Positions 16,363 through 25,032 are shown, numbered from the stretch's first letter. The stretch is DNA of 38,827 nucleotides from an uncultured Candidatus Sumerlaeota bacterium (GCA_964586185.1 CAZPIK010000003.1:1-38827), one strand, 5' to 3'. The notes: a model not told the origin generated them from the sequence alone. A program made the numbers and translations.

Positions 16363-17709
16363 ATGGGAAAATCGGAACGACCCCCAATGACCCTCAGTTA
16401 CCACGTCACCACCTTCGGCTGTCAGATGAATCAGGCCGATACCGAAATGATGGAAGGGATCATGGCGGCCAAGGGTTGGAGTCGCGCTGAAGTCGAGAAG
16501 GACGCCGACGTCATTCTCTATAACACGTGCGTCGTGCGTGAACATGCCGAGGAACGGGCGGTCATGCGGCTTTCACAATTGAAACGTCTCAAGACCGATT
16601 TTCCGAACAAGATCGTCGGCGTGACCGGTTGCATGGCGCAGAAGGAAGCGGAAAAAATTCACGAGAAACTTCCTCATGTGGATTTGGTCATGGGAACTCG
16701 CGCCATTCCGCAACTCGGCGGTTTGTTGGATCGCATCCTCAGCACCGGCGAACCGCAAACCTGCGTGGACATTTTGGACGGCGATTTTCCCGCGGGCGTT
16801 GTGCCTCTGCGTCAGCGACCCTTGAAGGCGCTCATCAATATCATTCTCGGCTGCAATAAGAATTGCTCTTACTGCATCGTGCCGAGCACACGAGGCCGCG
16901 AGGTCAGTATTTCTCCCGAATCTATCGTTCAAGAAGCGAAGCATCTCGCCGAGCATGGTTACAAAGAGATCATGCTCGTCGGGCAGAACGTGAATTCTTA
17001 TCGCGGAACCGATGCCTCGGGCAACGCCGTGGATTTCGGCGGACTCGTTCGCAGGGTCAACGCGGTTTGCGAGGGCGTTCGGATTCGCTATATCACTTCG
17101 CATCCGCGCGATTGCAACGAGGCGCATATCTCGGCGGTCGCGGAGTGCGCAAACGTCTGCGAGAATTTCCATCTTCCGGTTCAATCGGGGAGCACACGCG
17201 TTTTGAAAAAAATGTATCGTGGCTACTCGCGCGAACGTTACCTGCGCCTCATCGAACGCGCGCGCGCCGCGGTTCCGGACGCCACTTTTACAACCGACAT
17301 CATTGTAGGTTTCCCCGGCGAGACGGAAGAGGACTTCCTCGAAACGATGAGCCTCGTTAATGAAGTCCGTTACGACTCCGCCTACATGTATATGTATTCG
17401 ACTCGGCCCGGAACTCCCGCCGCCGAAAAGTTCGAGGATCATCTTCCGCTCGAAATCAAAAAGGAACGGCTGGCTCGGCTCATCGCGCGGCAACAGACCA
17501 TCAGCCTCGAAATCAATCAGAAGCTCATCGGCAAGCGGATCGAAGTATTGATCGAAGACGAAGCGCCGCGGACTCCCGGCGACCTCCTCGCCCGAACCCG
17601 CGGCGACAAGATGGTCATCCTCCCCGGCCCCAAAGTATGGATCGGACGGTTCGCCGAAGTCGAAATCCGCGACGCCACGGCGCATACGCTGCTCGGGCGC
17701 GTTCAATAG
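16363..17709 (+). CDS. miaB: tRNA-2-methylthio-N6-dimethylallyladenosine synthase
   Basis: 448 aa. YHVTTFGCQMNQADTE (UPF0004 domain), CNKNCSYCIVP radical-SAM CxxxCxxC, C-terminal TRAM domain. The start may be ATG 16387 (MTLSYHV). Confidence 0.95.
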   Translation: MGKSERPPMTLSYHVTTFGCQMNQADTEMMEGIMAAKGWSRAEVEKDADVILYNTCVVREHAEERAVMRLSQLKRLKTDFPNKIVGVTGCMAQKEAEKIHEKLPHVDLVMGTRAIPQLGGLLDRILSTGEPQTCVDILDGDFPAGVVPLRQRPLKALINIILGCNKNCSYCIVPSTRGREVSISPESIVQEAKHLAEHGYKEIMLVGQNVNSYRGTDASGNAVDFGGLVRRVNAVCEGVRIRYITSHPRDCNEAHISAVAECANVCENFHLPVQSGSTRVLKKMYRGYSRERYLRLIERARAAVPDATFTTDIIVGFPGETEEDFLETMSLVNEVRYDSAYMYMYSTRPGTPAAEKFEDHLPLEIKKERLARLIARQQTISLEINQKLIGKRIEVLIEDEAPRTPGDLLARTRGDKMVILPGPKVWIGRFAEVEIRDATAHTLLGRVQ

Positions 17710-17724
17710 TCGAAGAGAAGCCCG

Positions 17725-18525
17725 ATGTACCTCGTTTACCTTGATGAATCCGGCAACTCAGGACTTAATCTTGCTGATCCAGCACAGCCCATCTTCGTAC
17801 TTGCCGCTCTTGTCGTTCCCGAGGAGATTTGGATACCCTTGGAAAACGATCTCATGGGCGCCGTGGAAAAGTTTTTCCCCTCGCCGCGCCCTGAAAAGTT
17901 TGAGATCCATGCAAAGGCTATTCGAAATGGCGAAAACTATTTCCGCCGCTTCAAGATCGCCCACCGCCTTGAGTTTCAGAGCACATGCCTTCAACTTGCG
18001 CAAAAGCATAAGATCCGACTCATATATCGCGCAATTTCTAAGAAGCGGTTTCTTCGCTGGATCGAAATCACATTTGGTACTGGTGTCATTATTAACCCAC
18101 ATGTCGCCGCGTTTCCCCTTGTCGCACGGGTTGTTGACGAATACCTAAAGTCTTTGTCCGGCGCTCCGCTTGGGATATTCATCGCGGACGAAAACCGTGA
18201 GATCATTGGCGATGTGGAAAAGGCCATCCGACTGCTCCGTTTTGCGGAAGGAAGCCTCAAACTGGAGCGAATCATCGAAAAGGGTTTCTTCATCCAATCC
18301 GAAAAAAGTCTGGTTCTTCAATTGTGCGATTTGTGCGCCTATAGCGCCAAAAAGAAGGAGGAAGCCGAAGCCGGAATCCCGTTAAAAGAAATTGATCGCG
18401 CGGGGATCGAGTTGATCGAACCGATTATTCATCATGGCAAAGAATCTTTAGAGGATACGCTCGGTTGGTTGATCCAGCAGCATCAAAAAAAGGAGCGGCC
18501 AGGGGACAAGCCCGGGTCGGTATGA
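17725..18525 (+). CDS. DUF3800 domain protein
   Basis: 266 aa. MYLVYLDESGNSG, then a C-terminal LQLCDLCAY motif, both typical of DUF3800. GC is 44-49% in two hand-counted 120-nt samples, against 67% in the last 120 nt of miaB. Confidence 0.8.
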   Translation: MYLVYLDESGNSGLNLADPAQPIFVLAALVVPEEIWIPLENDLMGAVEKFFPSPRPEKFEIHAKAIRNGENYFRRFKIAHRLEFQSTCLQLAQKHKIRLIYRAISKKRFLRWIEITFGTGVIINPHVAAFPLVARVVDEYLKSLSGAPLGIFIADENREIIGDVEKAIRLLRFAEGSLKLERIIEKGFFIQSEKSLVLQLCDLCAYSAKKKEEAEAGIPLKEIDRAGIELIEPIIHHGKESLEDTLGWLIQQHQKKERPGDKPGSV

Positions 18526-18639
18526 ATCCGGCCACACTGGTCGCTAAGGCGAAATTCTAGCATTCCAATGTGTCCGCAATCAAGGTTTAAGAGTCCCCAT
18601 AGCCTTCGTTCGTTTATCGTCGCATTTATCCCATTGCCC

Positions 18640-18668
18640 TTGGAGTTCTAACGCCCGTCGTGTAGAAT
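18640..18668 (+). promoter_or_regulatory. Putative sigma70-type promoter for rseP
   Basis: TTGGAG - 17 nt - TAGAAT, about 30 nt upstream of the GTG/ATG start. This is pattern matching only, and the promoter consensus for this lineage is unknown. Confidence 0.3.
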
Positions 18669-18696
18669 ACGGCTGGATGGGATCACAAGGAATCCT

Positions 18697-20121
18697 GTGA
18701 ATATGATGCCTTATCTGATTGGCGGCCTCAGCATCGTCCTGACTTTCGGTCTGGCCGTGTTCATCCATGAACTAGGACATTTCATGTTTGCGCGGCTTCG
18801 CGGCGTCGGCGTCGAGGAATTCGCCATCGGCATGGGACCCACGATTTGGTCGTTCAAATATGGAAAAACGGTTTATGCCTTGCGCTGCCTGCCGCTTGGA
18901 GGCTTCGTCAAGCTGCATCAGATGGTGCGCGAGGAAGCCGAGGAAGATGCCAAGGCGGAGGCCGAAGCGACTTCCGAAGATGAAAAGAAATCGCTCGGCT
19001 CGATGGCGCATCAGGATATGGCCGCGCTTTACGACAAGGATTTGTTGACCAAACTTCTCGTCTTCGGCGGCGGAGTTTTTTTCAATTTCTTAATCGCGAT
19101 GGTCGCGACGGCGCTGCTCTTTGGTATCGGCTTCGAACAGGCTAAACCCGGTCCGGCGTGGATCGCTCCCATCGCGGAAAATTCCGCGCTTTGGAACGCA
19201 GGACTGCGTGGCGGCGACTTCCTCATCGAAATTCAGGGTAAAGCCGTTGATAACGCGGAGTCTGCATCCATCGAACTTTCCAAAGCCATTGAAACCGGGT
19301 CGGCCAAAGAAAAACTTTTGGTCAAGGTTCGGCGCGGAAGTGAAACGCTCGAACTTTCGCTTCCGCCTTTCACCGAAGAAAATCAGGAAACGTATGCCGG
19401 CGCATTTTGGGAATTTCCCGCCATCGTTGCTGGAGTCACGCCGATGGGTCCCGCCGATAAGGCCGGGATCAAAGAGGACGATATGATCGTTGCGGTCAAC
19501 GACCGCCCCGTCGAAAGCTGGAGCCAGATGTCGAAGATCGTGAAAGCCAATCTAAACGAGGCGATTGCGGTCAGCGTCAAGAGGAAAGGCGAAGAGAAGC
19601 CGCTAAATTTCAGTCTCGTTCCGATTGAGAATCCGACCGACCCCGGAACGGGCATGATCGGCATTGCTTCGGGCGGATCCCTCGAAAAAACATGGGTTCA
19701 GGAATCCGTATTGTTGGCGGCGGCGAACGCGCCCAAACGCACGGCTGTGCATCTCGTCCGATTGGTTGAGGCGCAAATCCATGGGGTCAGCACGATTATC
19801 GAGAAATCGGGAGCCAAGGGATTGCAAAAAGCTCTGGGCGGCCCCATCGCCATTGCCGTCATGACAAAGAAACAAGCGGAGAAGGGATTCCGCGAAAGCC
19901 TGAATTGGTTCATCGTCTTTAACCTGATTCTGATTTTCATGAACCTCCTGCCGATTCCGGTGCTCGATGGCGGTTTCATCGTTCTTGCGTTGCTTGAGGC
20001 TGTTTTCCGCCGTCCCGTGCCGATCAGCGTTCTGAATCCCATCTTCACCGTGTTCGTTCTGGGGTTCATCGGCCTCGCGGTGATGGTGAGTTACAACGAC
20101 GTGCTGAACGCGTTTTTCTAA
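18697..20121 (+). CDS. rseP: RIP (site-2) zinc metalloprotease
   Basis: 474 aa. HELGHFMFAR HExxH in TM1, PDZ-like central region, NLLPIPVLDGG motif near the C-terminus. The start may be ATG 18703. Confidence 0.9.
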   Translation: MNMMPYLIGGLSIVLTFGLAVFIHELGHFMFARLRGVGVEEFAIGMGPTIWSFKYGKTVYALRCLPLGGFVKLHQMVREEAEEDAKAEAEATSEDEKKSLGSMAHQDMAALYDKDLLTKLLVFGGGVFFNFLIAMVATALLFGIGFEQAKPGPAWIAPIAENSALWNAGLRGGDFLIEIQGKAVDNAESASIELSKAIETGSAKEKLLVKVRRGSETLELSLPPFTEENQETYAGAFWEFPAIVAGVTPMGPADKAGIKEDDMIVAVNDRPVESWSQMSKIVKANLNEAIAVSVKRKGEEKPLNFSLVPIENPTDPGTGMIGIASGGSLEKTWVQESVLLAAANAPKRTAVHLVRLVEAQIHGVSTIIEKSGAKGLQKALGGPIAIAVMTKKQAEKGFRESLNWFIVFNLILIFMNLLPIPVLDGGFIVLALLEAVFRRPVPISVLNPIFTVFVLGFIGLAVMVSYNDVLNAFF

Positions 20122-20153
20122 AGCAAAAAAACGAAACAAATGAGACGGACAAA

Positions 20154-20891
20154 ATGAAATTCCGCGCTTCGCTCTTTCTAAAACAAAATCATCCCGTCCA
20201 TCCTCTTCATTCCTGTTTGATTCTTCTTTCTCTTCTCATCTCACTTTGTCTCCATCACAGTCGGGCGGCGGAATCTCAGTCCGCGCCGCCGATCAACGCC
20301 GCTCCTCCCGAAGCCATCCTCTCGGAATTCAAATCCAAGTGGGAGGCGGTCAAGGATTACACCTGCAAAATGGACACGACCGTCACCAAGGGAAAAGTGA
20401 CCCAGCGCAACGTCATCGCTTACGCGTTCAAGCGTCCGAACCTCTGGCGCAATGAAGTTCTAGAAGGAAAAGATGAGGGCGGGGCTGCCGCGCTCGGACG
20501 CAACGGCAAGGTCCGCGCGCATGGAGGCGGCGTGCTGAGCGTGATCAAGGTGACGATGGACCCCGAGGATAAACGATTGCTTGACCTTCGTGGCGCTCGC
20601 GCGGACGAAGCCGATTTCGGTTCGATGGTTCGGCTTTTCGAAAAACGTGGCGAAGATTGGAACACGAAACGCCTTCCCGATGAAACTCTTCGGGGACGCC
20701 CGTGCTTTGTGATCGAGCGCTCGGGCAAACCTAACGCCGACGGCGAAACACGGCAGGTTCTCTACTTCGACACACAAACCATGATGCTCCGCGCGTCGAA
20801 GCTCTACGAAGGCAGCCGGATCGTGGATGACACTTACTACGACGAAGTGAAACTGAACGCGAACCTTGATGATTCTTACTTCGTGCTTTAA
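20154..20891 (+). CDS. Exported LolA-fold / lipoprotein-sorting-like protein (DUF1571-like)
   Basis: 245 aa. Hydrophobic signal region. The KDYTCKMDTTVTKGKVTQRNVIAYAFKRPNLWRNEV pattern resembles LolA-like beta-half-barrel proteins. The family call is tentative. Confidence 0.5.
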   Translation: MKFRASLFLKQNHPVHPLHSCLILLSLLISLCLHHSRAAESQSAPPINAAPPEAILSEFKSKWEAVKDYTCKMDTTVTKGKVTQRNVIAYAFKRPNLWRNEVLEGKDEGGAAALGRNGKVRAHGGGVLSVIKVTMDPEDKRLLDLRGARADEADFGSMVRLFEKRGEDWNTKRLPDETLRGRPCFVIERSGKPNADGETRQVLYFDTQTMMLRASKLYEGSRIVDDTYYDEVKLNANLDDSYFVL

Positions 20892-20898
20892 TGGGGAA

Positions 20899-20974
20899 TT
20901 AGCCGCGAAAAGGCACAGATGACACAAAAATAAAAAGCATCTTTTTTGCGCTTTCTGTGCTTTTTTGCGGCTAA
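20899..20974. repeat. Long imperfect hairpin repeat, family 1, copy B
   Basis: 32-nt arms TTAGCCGCGAAAAGGCACAGATGACACAAAAA / TTTTTGCGCTTTCTGTGCTTTTTTGCGGCTAA with a 12-nt loop, 26/32 pairs. Begins 8 nt after the stop at 20891 and shares the TTAGCCGCGAAAAGGC terminus with copy A. Confidence 0.85.
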
Positions 20975-21014
20975 ATACAGCATCTCAATTGATACAAGAT
21001 GATACAATGTCTGC

Positions 21015-22940
21015 ATGAACGTATTTCGATCAGCACGTCGTCATGTTCTGCAACTATTCGTAAGTTTGTCGGTATTTATCGTGCTGCCTACGCGGCAAGT
21101 CGAGGCAGAGCACGTTGATCTGGTTTCGCTGGTTCCGCCCGGAGCCGAGTCCGTCGTCTGGATTCGCGATGTGCCCGGCACACTTGAACTCATCCAAAAA
21201 TCGGCGTTTTTCAAATTCTATAACAATCCCGACGCGGGCGATTTTTTGGAACCGCTCCGCAAAACGATGGGAGGCCGCGCCGCAGAACTGGTTAATCTTT
21301 TGTCCACGCGGAACGCAGAGAATCTGGGCGCGCTGAATGGTGGTCTCATTGTTGCGCGATGGAGTTCTCCTTCCGAAAAAGACAAACCCAAACCAGAGGA
21401 CGACGCCTATCTTGTGATCTACGACTACGATGGTCGCGCTGATGCTCTCGCGCCGTTTCTCGAACGCGAAGTGAAAAAAGGCGAACACGCAAACATTACT
21501 GAAGCTGAGGCGTATGGTTTCAAATACGAGCGGCGTCAATGGACGCGCGAAGTCAGAAAGGAACAATATGAGCCGCGCGGGAAGCGGAGCAATGAGCGTT
21601 TGAGCGGTCTTACCTCCTCGCCTGGAGTTCGCCGCGCGCGGCATCTCGAATCCGAAGAAGAATTGCGTTACGTCGGCAAGCGGCTCGTCATACGCGCGTG
21701 GGGCGGCCAGGCGATAATGGAATCGGCTTTGAAACGTCTGCGCGAACCGGGCAAGCATCTTTCCCTCGCGAGCGACGCCGACCGCAAGGGCGCGGTGAGC
21801 GGATTCGACGAGCCGCCCCAAATCGAAATTTACTATGACTTCCAAGCTCTCGCGCGGGGCGGCAAGGGCTGGGTTGACGAGTCGCTTCTGGGTCGTGACG
21901 GCGATATTTCGAAATTGGGACTTAACGAAATCAAAACCGGCGCACTCGGAATGTTTCTCAAACCCGACAGGATGTTCGCGCGAGTCAACGTTTACGCGCC
22001 ACCTCCGCGCGAAGGGATCGGCAAGCTCCTTTTCATCAACGAGCCGCTGATCGAGATCGCAGAGGCAAACGTCGCGACGACGCCGACGACCGCGCGCGCC
22101 GCGATGCTTCGTGCGATACCCAACGATGCGCTCGGTTACGCAGTCTATCGCGCCGATCTTCCGCAAGTCTGGAGCGATTTCCGCCGCATCTTCCGCGAGA
22201 GCATTCCCGCCGCAAGTCAACTCGTAGATAGCTATTTGAAATCGCTCAGCGAAGCGGTGGATGCCGATCTCGAAAAAGAACTCGTCTCCAAACTCGGTTC
22301 GCATTGGGGAATGTTCACCCGACCCGGACCGCGACGCGGGCGCAAAGAAAAAATTGAAACGACCTATATGTTAGAAATTCGTCCGGGCACAAACGCCCGT
22401 GCGACGGTCGAGAAGTGGCTGAAAAAAGTCGCGACGACGCTGAATTACCAACTCGATCAAAGCGAGGTCGGGAAGAATGTTTATTATCGGCTGAACGGCG
22501 CGGAAGTTTCCGAAGGGGCGTACGTGGACCTCGAACAGTTCGCGAAGTTCTGTCTCGCCGATGATCGGTGGCTTTTTATTTCGCCGCGTTTCGAAGCGAT
22601 TCAGGCGGCGGTCAAAAAAATGGAGACGCCGGAAAAGGAATCGAATCGCGATCGCGAACTGCGTGAAGGCCGCGAACGGGCGCTGGCGCAATTACCCGCC
22701 GACCGATTCTTTGAAGCTTATTCCGCGCCGACCTCGTTTACGACCATCGCCAACGATCCGTTCATCGGCATTTTCGGCGGCGCGCTTCGGGGGATCGGCG
22801 GCGAAATCATTGCGCTTGATGAAACGCCGAATGACGACCTCTGGCGATTCCACTTCGGCGCGACGTCGGCCTCGCTCCGCGCGACGGAAGATCAAATTCA
22901 ATTAACACTTCAACTTCTCTACGCGGGGAATCGGCCATGA
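21015..22940 (+). CDS. Secreted hypothetical protein (possibly DUF3352-like)
   Basis: 641 aa. Signal peptide LFVSLSVFIVLPTRQVEA, codon usage that looks coding, stop overlaps the next start (ATGA at 22937). Confidence 0.65.
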   Translation: MNVFRSARRHVLQLFVSLSVFIVLPTRQVEAEHVDLVSLVPPGAESVVWIRDVPGTLELIQKSAFFKFYNNPDAGDFLEPLRKTMGGRAAELVNLLSTRNAENLGALNGGLIVARWSSPSEKDKPKPEDDAYLVIYDYDGRADALAPFLEREVKKGEHANITEAEAYGFKYERRQWTREVRKEQYEPRGKRSNERLSGLTSSPGVRRARHLESEEELRYVGKRLVIRAWGGQAIMESALKRLREPGKHLSLASDADRKGAVSGFDEPPQIEIYYDFQALARGGKGWVDESLLGRDGDISKLGLNEIKTGALGMFLKPDRMFARVNVYAPPPREGIGKLLFINEPLIEIAEANVATTPTTARAAMLRAIPNDALGYAVYRADLPQVWSDFRRIFRESIPAASQLVDSYLKSLSEAVDADLEKELVSKLGSHWGMFTRPGPRRGRKEKIETTYMLEIRPGTNARATVEKWLKKVATTLNYQLDQSEVGKNVYYRLNGAEVSEGAYVDLEQFAKFCLADDRWLFISPRFEAIQAAVKKMETPEKESNRDRELREGRERALAQLPADRFFEAYSAPTSFTTIANDPFIGIFGGALRGIGGEIIALDETPNDDLWRFHFGATSASLRATEDQIQLTLQLLYAGNRP

Positions 22941-24064
22941 AGGAGTGGACTGATTTTGTAGAGACAACGCGTGTGGAGTATCCCAGGGCGAGAATCGAAT
23001 CCGCAGGCGATGACGATTCGGTAATTCGTTGGTTCGGCGACGCAGCGGCAGAGTATCGTGCCTGCATGGAATCGGTCGCGCTGAATCCCAATCCCGATTG
23101 GGCATCGTTCCGCGCAAAAGGTCCTGACGCGCTGGATTATCTCCATCGGCGACTTTCGCAGGACCTCCGTCCGCTTGCCGATCAATCTGGGGCGCACGCA
23201 TTGCAACTCGACGCCGACGGACGAATGCTCGCGGAACTTTTAGTTTATCGCGACGGCGAGTCGCTCGAACTTCTGAGTGACCGATTCAATGTTGAAGCCA
23301 TCGCGATCACGACCGACAAATTCACATTGATGGACCGCGTCGAGATCGAGCGGACATGGGCGACGGACACAATAATCAGTCTTGTGGGAAGGAAAGCCGA
23401 TGCGCTCATTGAATCGCTGGCCGGAAAGCCGACGGCGAATGACTGGGCGCTCATTCCTACCTTTCAAATCGCAGGTATCTCTTGCCGTGCGATGCGGGAT
23501 GGACGGTGGACGATACCTTACTACCATCTTGCCGTCCCTAAGAATCGTCTGGCCGAAGTGATGACGGAACTTGAGCGACGATGCCGGGAAATGGGCGGCG
23601 GCCTCATGGGGATCGATGCGCTGGAGTTTCTCAGCATCGAATTGGGAATTTCGCGGTTCGGCAAAGACACGAATATCGGCACGATTCCGCTCGAAGCCTC
23701 GCTCGATCCGGCTATCGGGTTCGATAAGGGTTGCTATCCGGGACAGGAGATCATCGCGCGGATTCGCAATCTTGGCCATCCTGCGCGGCAGATCGTGAAA
23801 CTGGATGTAGAAGGAGAACACTCGGTCAGCGCGGGAGCCGAAATTCGCGTGAACGGCCAAGCCGCCGGAAACGTGACCTCCGCAATGACGTTGGCGGGGA
23901 TAGGCCGCACGGTTGCGATCGGGTTCGTCAAATGGCGTTTTCGCGATGCGGCATCGGCGGCAATAATTTCCGCGAGCGGCGAGATTCCGGCGACAATGAA
24001 ACCGATCAGCGTCGAGCGTCCCGATTCGCGGCTCAAGGAAATCCGAAGTTCGCTTGGATCGTGA
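22937..24064 (+). CDS. YgfZ/GcvT-family folate-binding protein
   Basis: 375 aa. The KGCYPGQEIIARI signature (KGCYxGQE) of YgfZ/CAF17-type aminomethyltransferase-fold proteins. Confidence 0.8.
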   Translation: MKEWTDFVETTRVEYPRARIESAGDDDSVIRWFGDAAAEYRACMESVALNPNPDWASFRAKGPDALDYLHRRLSQDLRPLADQSGAHALQLDADGRMLAELLVYRDGESLELLSDRFNVEAIAITTDKFTLMDRVEIERTWATDTIISLVGRKADALIESLAGKPTANDWALIPTFQIAGISCRAMRDGRWTIPYYHLAVPKNRLAEVMTELERRCREMGGGLMGIDALEFLSIELGISRFGKDTNIGTIPLEASLDPAIGFDKGCYPGQEIIARIRNLGHPARQIVKLDVEGEHSVSAGAEIRVNGQAAGNVTSAMTLAGIGRTVAIGFVKWRFRDAASAAIISASGEIPATMKPISVERPDSRLKEIRSSLGS

Positions 24065-24087
24065 ATGTGCCCAAGGGAAGAAAACAA

Positions 24088-24266
24088 CGCAGAGACGCAA
24101 AGGCGCAGAGTCGCAAAGAGGATCACATCAATCGAAATGTTAAAGTAGGATGATGATTGTAATGCTGGTTCGGAAGATGAATATGAAAATAAGAGACCGT
24201 AATTACCAAATGAACCTACCGCACGCCAAAGACCTCCTTGCGTCTTTGCGCCTCTGCGTCGTTGCG
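24088..24266. repeat. Octamer-array inverted-repeat element (family 2, copy 1)
   Basis: Left arm CGCAGAGA CGCAAAGG CGCAGAGT CGCAAAGA (24088-24119). Right arm is the inverted array TCCTTGCG TCTTTGCG CCTCTGCG TCGTTGCG (24235-24266). The ~110-nt spacer is AT-rich. Outer flanks are GAAAACAA / TTAAATTC. Confidence 0.9.
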
Positions 24267-24464
24267 TTAAATTCTTCCGCGCTGCAGCGCATTCAACGTC
24301 ACACCCTCCGTCGAGGTCACACCCGAATCGAAGCAACCTTTGCGATCGTCTTTCTCGCGCTCGCGGCGGTGGGCATGTGGTTGGCCTTTGGTCACGAAAT
24401 CGCCGAGACCACGCGCGATATGATGGAACACGCGCGGACATGGCTACCGACGAAAGGCAAATAA
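24150..24464 (+). CDS. Questionable small membrane protein ORF upstream of tag
   Basis: 104-aa ORF starting in the AT-rich spacer and reading through the right repeat arm. Only the last ~60 codons look coding (GC-rich third positions, TM helix IEATFAIVFLALAAVGMWLAF). TAA lies 1 nt before the tag ATG. Confidence 0.25.
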   Translation: MMIVMLVRKMNMKIRDRNYQMNLPHAKDLLASLRLCVVALNSSALQRIQRHTLRRGHTRIEATFAIVFLALAAVGMWLAFGHEIAETTRDMMEHARTWLPTKGK

Positions 24465-24465
24465 C

Positions 24466-25032
24466 ATGAAGAAGATCATCCGGTGCGCTTGGCCGTCTGA
24501 TGATCCGTTGATGATCGAATACCACGATACCGAGTGGGGCGTGCCCGTGCATGACGACGCGAAGCATTTCGAGTTCATTATTCTGGACGCGAATCAAGCG
24601 GGACTTTCATGGAAAACGATTTTGCATAAACGCGAAAATTTCAGGCGGGCTTTCGCGGGATTCGATGTTCAGAAAGTCGCGAAGTTTGGCGCACGCGACC
24701 GAGCGAGGCTTTTGAACGACGCTGGGATCATCCGCAATCGTCAGAAAATTGACGCTGCGATCATCAACGCGCAGAAGTTCATCGAAGTTCAGAACGAATT
24801 CGGCTCATTCGACGATTTTATTTGGCGCTTCACGGACGGCAAAACGATCCGCAACGCGCCGAAATCGCTCCAGGAATTGGCCGCGACCTCCCCCGAATCG
24901 GACGCGATGAGCAAGGACTTAAAATCCCGTGGATTCAAGTTCGTTGGCTCGACGATTTGTTATGCCTACATGCAGGCTGCGGGGATGGTCAACGACCACG
25001 TTGTCGGATGCTTTCGACGTGGAAAGCGATAA
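24466..25032 (+). CDS. tag: DNA-3-methyladenine glycosylase I
   Basis: 188 aa. CAWPSDDPLMIEYHDTEWGVPVHDD, ILDANQAGLSWKTIL and C-terminal Cys/His zinc ligands are typical of Tag. Confidence 0.95.
   Translation: MKKIIRCAWPSDDPLMIEYHDTEWGVPVHDDAKHFEFIILDANQAGLSWKTILHKRENFRRAFAGFDVQKVAKFGARDRARLLNDAGIIRNRQKIDAAIINAQKFIEVQNEFGSFDDFIWRFTDGKTIRNAPKSLQELAATSPESDAMSKDLKSRGFKFVGSTICYAYMQAAGMVNDHVVGCFRRGKR

Noticed and set aside
16573-17706. 377-aa minus-strand ORF antisense to miaB
   Set aside because: miaB on the plus strand has unambiguous radical-SAM and TRAM motifs. The antisense product is low-complexity and Arg-rich.
21054-22304. 416-aa minus-strand ORF antisense to the 641-aa secreted protein gene
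   Set aside because: It has shadow-ORF composition (Arg/Phe/Ala rich, no start context). The plus-strand gene has a signal peptide and is translationally coupled to the next gene.
24088-24266. Octamer arrays considered as a CRISPR array or as tandem transcription-factor boxes only
   Set aside because: The units are 8 nt with no spacers between them, there are only four per arm, and the arms are in inverted pairs. This is incompatible with CRISPR architecture (repeats of 24-48 nt separated by unique spacers). They are kept as a repeat-element finding instead.
23240-24597. Two long minus-strand ORFs (286 and 287 aa) spanning the ygfZ-like 3' half, repeat copy 1 and the tag 5' end
   Set aside because: They are antisense to two well-supported genes and read through a non-coding repeat element. 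They have no motifs.
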